This document shows positions 6,714 to 13,962 of a DNA stretch of 13,962 nucleotides, piece after piece; the stretch's first letter is position 1; each line of letters starts with the position of its first letter. Source of the DNA: Planctomycetota bacterium. Lineage in GTDB: Bacteria > Planctomycetota > Planctomycetia > Pirellulales > Lacipirellulaceae. The stretch covers positions 1 through 13,962 of the forward strand of contig JBCCXZ010000080.1 in NCBI GenBank assembly GCA_039190745.1, given 5' to 3'. The notes beneath the pieces were generated by a model, which was not told the origin of the DNA, did no database searches, and saw nothing but the letters and a program-made list of their open reading frames with translations. A program made the position numbers and the translations under genes.

Positions 6714-7508
6714 ATGTCGGTTTCTATGCTCGATCGCACGCCCATCTTCCCGCACGTCATCGAACTCAACCACCAGGCACGCCGCCGCTTTACGTGCAGC
6801 GTCTACCTGATCTACGACGACAACGCCTGGACGCTAATCGACATCGGCTACGACGACGCCGTCGAGGAGTGCATCGAGCTGATCCGCGAGCTGGATTTCC
6901 CCTTCAGCAAGTGCACCACGCTGCTCGCCTCGCACGCCGACGTCGACCACATCGGCGGCTTGGCCCGCGCGAAGCAGATGCTCAAGACCACCGTCACGTG
7001 CCATCCCGCCGCGGCGGAGCACCTCAAAACGGGCGACCGGCTGGCCACCTTTGCCGAGATCAAGGCCCAGGGAATCGACCTCGAAATGCCGCCGGTAGAG
7101 ATCGAGCATCAAGTAAACGACGGCGATACCATTCGGGTCGGCGGCCTCGACCTCGAGGTCTGGCACACGCCGGGGCACACCGATGGGCAGCTCTCCTTCC
7201 GGATGGGCAACCTCCTATTTTCGGGGGACAATATCTTCCGCGACGGCTGCGTCGGCGCCATCGACGCCCACCACGGCAGCAGCATCCCCGACTTCATCTC
7301 CTCGCTCACCCGCATCCGAGAGAGCGATGTCGAGTGGCTCCTCCCCAGCCACGGCCCCGCCTTCCGCAAGGACGACGACCTCATCAACCGCACCATCGAG
7401 CGGCTGGAGAGCTACCTCCACATGGCCGATTTCGGTACCTGCGCCATCGACTGGCCCCTGATGGACGACTGGGAGCAAGAGCTCGTCGAGGGCAAAGCCC
7501 CCGAATAG
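6714..7508 (+). CDS. Metallo-beta-lactamase-fold hydrolase (glyoxalase II-like)
   Basis: [34 protein letters not shown] motifs. The start is 6714 or 6726. Confidence 0.92.
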   Translation: MSVSMLDRTPIFPHVIELNHQARRRFTCSVYLIYDDNAWTLIDIGYDDAVEECIELIRELDFPFSKCTTLLASHADVDHIGGLARAKQMLKTTVTCHPAAAEHLKTGDRLATFAEIKAQGIDLEMPPVEIEHQVNDGDTIRVGGLDLEVWHTPGHTDGQLSFRMGNLLFSGDNIFRDGCVGAIDAHHGSSIPDFISSLTRIRESDVEWLLPSHGPAFRKDDDLINRTIERLESYLHMADFGTCAIDWPLMDDWEQELVEGKAPE

Positions 7509-7708
7509 CGAGCAGTGTTTGCCTGTTAGGCCAAGCACTTGCCAGTGGGCCGGCCAAAATCTCGCCAGGTTGAAGATCTCGCCAGACTGAAAGAGCCCGA
7601 AGGACTCACGGGCTGAAGCTGCTCGCGGGGGCCTTGCTCCTCTCAAGGTTCGTGAAAGTACCGCGAAATTCGGCATCCCGCCTTTTTCGCATTTTTTCAC
7701 ATACTCAC

Positions 7709-7780
7709 TTGCGACCCATAACGCTTCCGGTATTCTCTGGGATGAGTTGATATTGAGTCTCGCTAACGAATGAGACGCAA
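7709..7780 (+). promoter_or_regulatory. Sigma70-like promoter followed by a palindromic, Fur-box-like operator
   Basis: TTGCGA(7709)-N16-TATTCT(7731). TGATATTgAGTCTCG at 7748-7762 matches 10/14 positions of the 7-1-7 TGATAAT-N-ATTATCA box. There is also an inverted pair TTGAGTCTCG (7753-7762) / TGAGACGCAA (7771-7780). Confidence 0.5.
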
Positions 7781-7806
7781 CCCCCTTCCGTAGAGAGAGA
7801 GTTCTA

Positions 7807-8556
7807 ATGAATCGCACCTTGAGTATTTGGCCCAGAGTAGCGGTCTGCATCGCAGCGCTCACCGCAGCGACGCAGTTAACCCACACAGCCCAGGCTGTGA
7901 CCGTCCCCTTTGTTGAAGACTTCAACACCGACTCCGCCAACTGGGGTAATTTCGAAGCGGCTAACTCCAACCCGAGCATCCCCGGCTTCCAGACAGGCGG
8001 CCCCGCCAACTGGGTCTCCTCCGGCGGCCCCGACGGCAGCGGCTACGCCTCGGTCGACTTCGCATTCGGCGATTTCACCAGCCCCTTCGGCGGCCCGACG
8101 CTGTTCCGCGGCCAGGACGAGTTCAATTCCTCCAACGGCGATTACATCGGCGATTGGCTCACCAACGGCATCCGCACGGTCCGTTACAGCGTGCGCCACA
8201 ACGCGCCTGTTCCCATCCCCCTCGGCGTGCGTGTTTCGACTCCTTTCAACTTCCCAGGCGCCAGCGCCGTCATCCAAGGCCCGCCCGTGCCGCCGAACAT
8301 CTGGACCGAGCTAGTGTTCGACCTTAGCCCTGGCAGCCCGCAGATTGTGAGCACCAGCGGACAACCCTACAACTCGATCTTCGCCAACGTGGGGCACATT
8401 CAGATTACTTCGAGTATCCCTACAGCTTTGATAGGCGACCCGACGGTCTACACCTTCGACCTCGACAACGTCACCGCCGTGCCCGAACCAGCGGCTGTGA
8501 GCATGCTCACCCTAGCTGCGGTTCTTGGTCTCGGACGCCGACGGATCCGAAACTAA
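7807..8556 (+). CDS. PEP-CTERM exosortase-sorted surface protein
   Basis: Signal peptide ending AQA, a beta-rich G/S/N/F-rich body, and C-terminal VPEPAAVSMLTLAAVLGLGRRRIRN. Confidence 0.9.
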   Translation: MNRTLSIWPRVAVCIAALTAATQLTHTAQAVTVPFVEDFNTDSANWGNFEAANSNPSIPGFQTGGPANWVSSGGPDGSGYASVDFAFGDFTSPFGGPTLFRGQDEFNSSNGDYIGDWLTNGIRTVRYSVRHNAPVPIPLGVRVSTPFNFPGASAVIQGPPVPPNIWTELVFDLSPGSPQIVSTSGQPYNSIFANVGHIQITSSIPTALIGDPTVYTFDLDNVTAVPEPAAVSMLTLAAVLGLGRRRIRN

Positions 8557-8579
8557 CCCCGGTCTTTATTTGACATGTC

Positions 8580-8620
8580 CCTGCCGAGTGTAGCCGCCGC
8601 CAACACTCCGGCAGGTCTTT
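8580..8620 (+). terminator. Stem-loop after the first PEP-CTERM gene (partial terminator or mRNA stabiliser)
   Basis: cctgccg-agtgt (8580-8591) pairs with acact-c-cggcagg (8603-8615) and is followed by a pyrimidine run tctttcctcccctttcctttt. Confidence 0.5.
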
Positions 8621-8662
8621 CCTCCCCTTTCCTTTTGGATCCACGCTAGGAGCTGATTCAGA

Positions 8663-9652
8663 ATGGACCCCATTCTCTTGCGGCGCACCAGGAACAGAAA
8701 TTCCCACTTGCACACCGGCCCCCTCCGGGCTGGCCCCTTCCGGGCTGGCAGAATCACAGCAGCAGCGTTCCTCGCTGTCGCGGTGTCGCTCACCGCCAAT
8801 CAGGCCGAAGCCCTTCGAGCCACAGCATTTGAAGAACCGACGCTCTGGACGGTCGGCGACCCCGACAGCACCTTCCAAGAGTGGGTCGCCCAAGAGCTCG
8901 CCTTCAACGCGCTTACCCCCACACCCGCACTATTGAGCAACGTCAACCCCACGATCACTGCCGACGCGCTCCTCAGTGTCCAGTCGCCCGGCTTCCGCGC
9001 CGGTTCCGGCGGATACTATGCGTTTGCGGGACCCTACGGCGTCAACGCCGAGATCTACAACCACGGCGGCTCGGAAGGCTCGGGAGCGCCCTACCCAGCC
9101 GGTTCTGGCACGCACGTCATAGTTCAAACGCACGCATCTCTAAACGGCGGAGACGGCGTGCTGACAGACCAGATGCAATTGACCGACTTGAGCGGTAACA
9201 TCCTCGCCGGCGGGGCGAACGAAGACCTGCTCCGGGTGGAGCAGCTCGCGACGAACCTTTGGGGAAGCTCGTTCGGCGTCGTGACCGTCGAAGAGCTAGT
9301 CTTCGAATTCTTCCTCCCAGACTTCACGGGCGACTTTATCGTTGACTCAACGTCGAACTCCTCCTCAAGCTTCCAACACATGCGGGTGGATACATTTATC
9401 GTTGCCGGCAGCGGTCCTGACCCAGACCTCGACGCCGACCTTGACGTCGATGTCAGCGACCTCATCGCCTGGCAGAACTCCGCATCCCCCGACGCGGCGG
9501 GCCTCTCGGCTTGGCAGAATGCGTTTGGCGTCGGCGCCGCGACTACCGCGGCCATCTCCGCAGTGCCAGAACCCGCAACGGCCGGGCTAATCTGCACCGC
9601 GCTCGGACTCGCTTTGCTCCGGCGCCCCTCAAACCGTGGACGAGGGTGCTGA
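8663..9652 (+). CDS. PEP-CTERM surface protein with a dockerin/EF-hand-like motif before the sorting signal
   Basis: AGGAG RBS upstream, a signal peptide ([18 protein letters not shown]), [17 protein letters not shown]...WQNAFG, and [21 protein letters not shown]. Confidence 0.88.
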   Translation: MDPILLRRTRNRNSHLHTGPLRAGPFRAGRITAAAFLAVAVSLTANQAEALRATAFEEPTLWTVGDPDSTFQEWVAQELAFNALTPTPALLSNVNPTITADALLSVQSPGFRAGSGGYYAFAGPYGVNAEIYNHGGSEGSGAPYPAGSGTHVIVQTHASLNGGDGVLTDQMQLTDLSGNILAGGANEDLLRVEQLATNLWGSSFGVVTVEELVFEFFLPDFTGDFIVDSTSNSSSSFQHMRVDTFIVAGSGPDPDLDADLDVDVSDLIAWQNSASPDAAGLSAWQNAFGVGAATTAAISAVPEPATAGLICTALGLALLRRPSNRGRGC

Positions 9653-9662
9653 GCAAAGAACC

Positions 9663-10607
9663 ATGAATAATTCCCGAAAACAGACCACAGCCCCCCGCCG
9701 CCTCGGCGGCAGGGGCTTCACGCTTGTCGAGCTGCTGGTGGTAATCGCGATCATCGGCGTGCTCATCGCGCTTCTGCTGCCGGCCATCCAGGCCGCCCGC
9801 GAGGCCGCCCGCCGCACTTCCTGCACCAACAACCTGAAGCAGATCGGGCTGGCCACTCTCAACTACCACGACGCGCGCAAGGAGCTGCCGCCCGCCAGGA
9901 ACAGGATCGGCCTCGGCGACATCGCAATCCCCGAGAGCGCCCTGCTCTTCCTGCTCCCGTACCTCGAAGAAGCCAACCGGTATGTCCGGTACGACCTAGA
10001 CGCCGAGTTTGGAACCCTCGACTCGGTCAACGACTTGGTCACCCATACGCTCGTGCCGATTTACCTCTGCCCGTCCATGGTCTACGAGTGGGGCGGAGAC
10101 TCACCCGCACCAGGCAGCTACGTGGCGTCCACAGGCACAGAAAGGCCCTGGGACATCGTCGACCAAGCGCAGGTCCCGTTCCCGCTTCCGCCGGATTTCG
10201 ATTACGAAAGCCTCGGTCCCGGCGCGGGGCTCCACAACGGAGCCATCGCCTCCCGGCCGGCTATCGTGCGTATCCGCGACATCACCGACGGCACATCCAG
10301 CACCTTCGCCTTCGGCGAGAGCGATTACTTCGGCGGGCGGAGTGAGTCGGGCCCGATCTGGTCCGGGGGCTACGTCCCTAATTTCCAGGCCGCCACCTGG
10401 GGGCCGTTCAACCCCAAAGACCCGCCATCCACATTTCTAGAAACAGGCCCCATTACCACCGCCTTCCGCAGCGACCACCCGAACGGGGCCCACTTCCTGT
10501 TCGTGGACGGGGCCACCCGGTTTGTTGCTGACGGCGTCGACGAAGACCTCCTCGACGCCTACGCTACGAGAGCAGGCGAAGAAGTTTTCACAAACGAAGG
10601 CCTCTAG
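9663..10607 (+). CDS. DUF1559 family prepilin-type N-methylation protein with an H-X9-DG C-terminal motif
   Basis: [62 protein letters not shown]...[14 protein letters not shown]. Confidence 0.96.
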   Translation: MNNSRKQTTAPRRLGGRGFTLVELLVVIAIIGVLIALLLPAIQAAREAARRTSCTNNLKQIGLATLNYHDARKELPPARNRIGLGDIAIPESALLFLLPYLEEANRYVRYDLDAEFGTLDSVNDLVTHTLVPIYLCPSMVYEWGGDSPAPGSYVASTGTERPWDIVDQAQVPFPLPPDFDYESLGPGAGLHNGAIASRPAIVRIRDITDGTSSTFAFGESDYFGGRSESGPIWSGGYVPNFQAATWGPFNPKDPPSTFLETGPITTAFRSDHPNGAHFLFVDGATRFVADGVDEDLLDAYATRAGEEVFTNEGL

Positions 10608-10665
10608 GCCTTGCGGTTACGGCTGATCCATAGCGTAACTCGCTCTTGAGACTAAGGACCCAATC

Positions 10666-12318
10666 ATGCAATCACGAACTGCCTCCGTTCTGCTAGCCGC
10701 CGCGTTGGCCGCGCTCTTGTGCCAGCCCGCCTCCGCGCACTTCACCTGGCTCGCCTCCGACGAAGAGGGGCACGCGATGCTCTACTTCTCCGAGGCCCCC
10801 ACCGACCAGGAATACAAGATCCCCGACGCCATCGCCAACGCTGAGGTCTTCGCCGTCGGCAAGGGCGATGCGCCCCGCCAGCTCAACCTCGAGACCGTCG
10901 ATGAAGAAACCTTCGTCGGCCGCAAGTCCGCCGAGCCCGTCAAGACGGTCGCCTTCGCCAACGTCGTCTACGGCAACTACCACGGCACGCTGCTCAGCTA
11001 CTACGCCAAGCACTTCCCCGGCAAGGCCGCCGGCTGGCATCACGCCAAGCCCGTGAAGCAGCTCAAGCTCGACGCCCAGCTGGCACGCACCAAGAAGGGC
11101 CTCAAGCTCACCGCGCTCTGGCAAGGCGAGCCGCTCGCCGACGCCAAAGCCACAATGCTCCTTCCTAACGGCGAGAACCTAGAGGCCAAGACCGACGCCG
11201 AGGGCGTCGCCGAGTTCACCACCGAGGCCGAGGGTCTGGTCGGCATCCTCTTCGGCTACACCGACACCGAAGCCAAGGGCGAGTCGGGCGGCGAACCCTA
11301 CGAAAGCGCCTCGCACTACTGCACAGTCACCTGCCGCCTCACGGCCCCCGAGCCGGAGCCCGAGGACGTCTCCGACCTCACGCCGCTGCCGATGGGCCTG
11401 GCCAGCTTCGGCGGAGCCGTCGCCGACGGCTGGCTCTACGCCTACAGCGGCCATACCGGCAAGGCCCACGACCACTCGGCCGCCAACCTCTCGCAGGGCT
11501 TCCACCGTCTGTCGCTCACCGACCCGACCGACTGGCAGACCCTGCCCATGCAGCAGCCCCTGCAGGGCCTGGCCCTCGTCCCGCACGGCGGCAAGCTCTA
11601 CCGCGTCGGCGGCCTCGATGCCCAGAACCCGACGATCGACGACGAAGAAGAGCTGCACTCCGTCGACTCCTTTGCCAGCTTCGACCCCGCCACAAACGAG
11701 TGGACCGACCTCGCTCCGCTCCCCGCCCCGCGCTCTTCGCACGACGCGGTCGTCATCGGCGACAAGCTCTACGTCGTGGGCGGCTGGACCCTCGAAGGCC
11801 CCAGCCATGGCGACTGGCTCGCCGACGCGCTGGTCTACGACCTCGCCGACCCAGAGTCCGGCTGGCAGGCCCTCCCCGAACAGCCCTTCCAGCGCCGCGC
11901 CCTCGCCGCAGGCCACGCCGACGGCAAGCTCTACGTCCTTTGCGGCATGGACTCCAGCGACAGCATCAGCCGCGAAGTCGACGTCTTCGATCCCTCCACG
12001 AAAGAGTGGTCCAAAGGCCCCGAGATGCCCGGCAAGGGCATGGAAGGATTCGGCGTCTCCGCCTGGAACGCCGGAGGCCGCCTCTACCTCAGCGGATTCG
12101 GCGGCAAGGTCTACCGCCTTACTGAAGCCGGAGACGGCTGGGAAGCGGTCGCCGAGCTCCGCACGCGGCGGTTCTTCCACCGACTGCTCCCCCACCCCGA
12201 CGGACGACTCATCGCCCTCGCCGGGGCCTCCATGATCGGCCACCTCACCGGAGCCGAGCTGCTGGTGGTCAAGGGACACAAAGTACCTGAGAACACCAGT
12301 GCTTCTGCGGGGCTCTAA
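10666..12318 (+). CDS. Secreted protein with an N-terminal DUF4198-like domain and a C-terminal Kelch-repeat beta-propeller
   Basis: AAGGA RBS and signal peptide ASA|HFTWL; WQGEPLADAK...AKTDAEGVAEF; Kelch repeats (GKLYRVGG, FDPATNEWTDLAPLPAPRSSHDAVVIGDKLYVVGG, FDPSTKEWSKGPEMP). Confidence 0.88.
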   Translation: MQSRTASVLLAAALAALLCQPASAHFTWLASDEEGHAMLYFSEAPTDQEYKIPDAIANAEVFAVGKGDAPRQLNLETVDEETFVGRKSAEPVKTVAFANVVYGNYHGTLLSYYAKHFPGKAAGWHHAKPVKQLKLDAQLARTKKGLKLTALWQGEPLADAKATMLLPNGENLEAKTDAEGVAEFTTEAEGLVGILFGYTDTEAKGESGGEPYESASHYCTVTCRLTAPEPEPEDVSDLTPLPMGLASFGGAVADGWLYAYSGHTGKAHDHSAANLSQGFHRLSLTDPTDWQTLPMQQPLQGLALVPHGGKLYRVGGLDAQNPTIDDEEELHSVDSFASFDPATNEWTDLAPLPAPRSSHDAVVIGDKLYVVGGWTLEGPSHGDWLADALVYDLADPESGWQALPEQPFQRRALAAGHADGKLYVLCGMDSSDSISREVDVFDPSTKEWSKGPEMPGKGMEGFGVSAWNAGGRLYLSGFGGKVYRLTEAGDGWEAVAELRTRRFFHRLLPHPDGRLIALAGASMIGHLTGAELLVVKGHKVPENTSASAGL

Positions 12319-12417
12319 CTTCTTCGCGCGCAGCGGCAGTTAAGGGCGTAGGCTCCACGCGGTTCCTGGCGGCAGACACAGTCGCCTCAACAACCGTTCA
12401 CTGGAGACCCTAGCGAC

Positions 12418-12627
12418 ATGAGCGCAGAGCACACTAACACGTGGCCCGATCTAGCCATCGGGCTCTATGACCGCTTGACCGGACGCGGGGCCGAAATCAA
12501 CTACGTGTTCGATGACATGCACGTGAAGGTGCCTAGCGGTACAGGTAAATCTGCAGATCACGCCGAATGGGTTCTCAACGGCGGTATCAAAATCACGACC
12601 AAAGATACCGGCACAGCCCCAAACTAA
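12418..12627 (+). CDS. Small hypothetical protein (69 aa)
   Basis: GGAGA RBS upstream. The sequence TWPDLAIGLYDRLTGRGAEINY.FDDM.V.VPS...HAEW.LNG.IKI has a globular pattern and resembles a small conserved family I recall but cannot name. Confidence 0.75.
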   Translation: MSAEHTNTWPDLAIGLYDRLTGRGAEINYVFDDMHVKVPSGTGKSADHAEWVLNGGIKITTKDTGTAPN

Positions 12628-12629
12628 CT

Positions 12630-12890
12630 TTGGCCGGCCGGCTCACCGGCACATTTTCCGGTCGGCCCTTCGTGTTCGAAGCCTCCGGCGATCGGGCAGA
12701 GTTCCATGTTGCCGGTGTGCGCGACGCCTTTAGATTACGCCAATCACTCCCGCCTCTGAGCAGCTCCGCCGTTCACCTGCTGCGTGTAGGTCCCCCCTTG
12801 TTCGTGGCTATCGGCAAATTGGTAACGCTACAGGCTCTGCCTTACCCTAGCCTGCCAGTCCGGCTCGCGTTACCTATCTTGGGCTCTTGA
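12630..12890 (+). CDS. Hypothetical protein, probable partner of the upstream small gene
   Basis: The open frame 12567-12890 has a beta-strand-like pattern (LAGRLTGTFSGRPFVFEASGDRAEFHV). The start is uncertain: TTG 12630 next to the upstream stop, or an overlapping ATG 12567. Confidence 0.45.
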   Translation: MAGRLTGTFSGRPFVFEASGDRAEFHVAGVRDAFRLRQSLPPLSSSAVHLLRVGPPLFVAIGKLVTLQALPYPSLPVRLALPILGS

Positions 12891-12950
12891 AAGAACAAGC
12901 CCGCACTTGCTTCCGGCTCAATTGCAGCTTGTGCCCTATACCCAGTCTGC

Positions 12951-13005
12951 TTGCCACTGGCCACCCCCGCCGCTAACCTGGATGTGTACAAAATTACACA
13001 TCAGG
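12951..13005 (+). promoter_or_regulatory. Sigma70-like promoter with a perfect palindromic operator over the predicted start site
   Basis: TTGCCA(12951)-N17-TAACCT(12974), then GATGTGTA-caaaat-TACACATC (12981-13002). Confidence 0.6.
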
Positions 13006-13028
13006 AGCCCCGCCGGGGGAACACAGCC

Positions 13029-13538
13029 ATGGCCAAGACCGGAAGACCCCGCGCACTCAACGACGAAAAACGCGGCCAGATCTGCGGGCTCGTAGCCTCC
13101 GGCTGCGCACTCGATCACGCCGCCCGACACGTCGGCTGTTCCGTCCGCACCATCCGCCGCGAAGCGACTCGCAACCCCGCCTTCGGCGAGTCACTCCGCC
13201 GGGCCGAGCTCTCCGCTCAGCTGCAGCCGCTCAACTCGCTCCGCGCCGCGGCCTCGAAGAACTGGCGGGCCGCTGCCTGGCTGCTCGAACGCACCAAACC
13301 CGACCAGTTCGCCCGCCGCGATCCCTCGGCCCTCACGCCCGACGCCCTCAGCGCCGCGATCGACAACCTCCTCGAAGCGATCGTCGACGAGATCGACGAC
13401 GCCGACACCCGCGGCCGCGTCTACCGCCGCATCCTCGCGATCAGCACCCGCGAGCAGCTCGAAACCGCCGCTGCGAGCCACAACCCCAAGCGGCCACCGA
13501 GAATCCCCGACCCCAACCGCGATCCCAAACAGAGGTAA
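13029..13538 (+). CDS. Helix-turn-helix protein resembling terminase small-subunit-like proteins (GRP...WRAAAWLLER)
   Basis: MAKTGRPRAL, HTH-like ALDHAARHVGCSVRTIRRE, and NWRAAAWLLERTKPDQF. GGGGGA lies upstream of ATG 13029. Confidence 0.8.
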   Translation: MAKTGRPRALNDEKRGQICGLVASGCALDHAARHVGCSVRTIRREATRNPAFGESLRRAELSAQLQPLNSLRAAASKNWRAAAWLLERTKPDQFARRDPSALTPDALSAAIDNLLEAIVDEIDDADTRGRVYRRILAISTREQLETAAASHNPKRPPRIPDPNRDPKQR

Positions 13539-13696
13539 CGCGAGGCGTGCCCCAAGCAGCACCCTTGTTCGTAACCGCTGAACTATGCGTCGGCGGCTGC
13601 CCGACCAGAAAGCCAACCCGCAAAGGCTTGCGGCCGCACACCGCAAATGCAAACTAGCCCACGGTAGGGCAGCGGCATCCAAGTGAGTCTACGGAC

Positions 13697-13771
13697 ATGT
13701 AGGAGGCCTCTCCGAGGCCGATTACCGCCTCCAACTCTGTATGGAATCGGGCTCAGGGACCCTTCCCACAG
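13697..13771. repeat. GTAG-type REP doublet (REPIN-like), 75 nt, intergenic
   Basis: atgtaggaggcctctccgaggccgat-N23-atcgggctcagggacccttcccacag. The right arm differs at 3/26 positions from the thiE-internal copy. Confidence 0.9.
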
Positions 13772-13857
13772 AAGAACCTCTTCTAAGCCCCTAGGAGGTC
13801 CGCGAAGCCGCTCCCCGCAACACCAGGCTCTTCAACTCTTACCGCGGAGAAACTCTC

Positions 13858-13962
13858 ATGCCGCGCGCCTCGCACGCCTTGCAAGCCCTCCTCGCCGCCC
13901 TCGCTCTGCTGCTGACCGCCGCACCCGCCGCCAGAGCCGCCGAGTTCGACAACAAGGCCACA
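13858..13962 (+). CDS. 5' part of a secreted protein (runs off the window)
   Basis: GGAGA RBS; MPRASHALQALLAALALLLTAAPAARA|AEFDNKAT is a typical Sec signal peptide. Confidence 0.75.
   Translation, partial: MPRASHALQALLAALALLLTAAPAARAAEFDNKAT

Noticed and set aside
11179..12279. 366-aa antisense ORF and similar antisense ORFs over manC, the MBL gene and the HTH gene
   Set aside because: They are antisense shadows produced by strong GC3 bias in well-supported genes.
13029..13538. Prophage or IS transposase
   Set aside because: There is no large terminase, portal or integrase nearby, no DDE/HUH catalytic domain and no terminal inverted repeats.

Overview
High-GC bacterial DNA, very likely a planctomycete (Pirellulales-like), judged from the DUF1559 prepilin gene, the PEP-CTERM proteins and the small 'RF(S/D)xR/KxxL' membrane proteins. 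On the minus strand at the left end are a TPR/membrane protein and a clpC whose frame breaks after the ClpN domain; the first ~74 nt of the window (1-74) instead read as an internal valyl-tRNA-synthetase-like peptide. The plus strand carries two small membrane proteins, then thiE, manC, yqgF/ruvX, an SDR epimerase and an MBL hydrolase. Next is a secreted-protein cluster (two PEP-CTERM genes, DUF1559, a DUF4198-like/Kelch protein) behind a Fur-like operator. After it come a small gene pair, an HTH protein with a palindromic operator, and the start of a secreted protein. The most striking signals are the repeats. (i) A 75-nt GTAG-type REP doublet occurs intergenically, supplies the manC stop codon as a single arm, and is inserted in frame inside thiE. 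(ii) Three consecutive intergenic spacers carry nested repeats built from a 63-64-nt CTAATCx3/GATTAGx3 palindrome, CACGGAG or TTTCGTG three-unit arms, and CAGGGGA heptamer tracts that bracket yqgF in inverted orientation.
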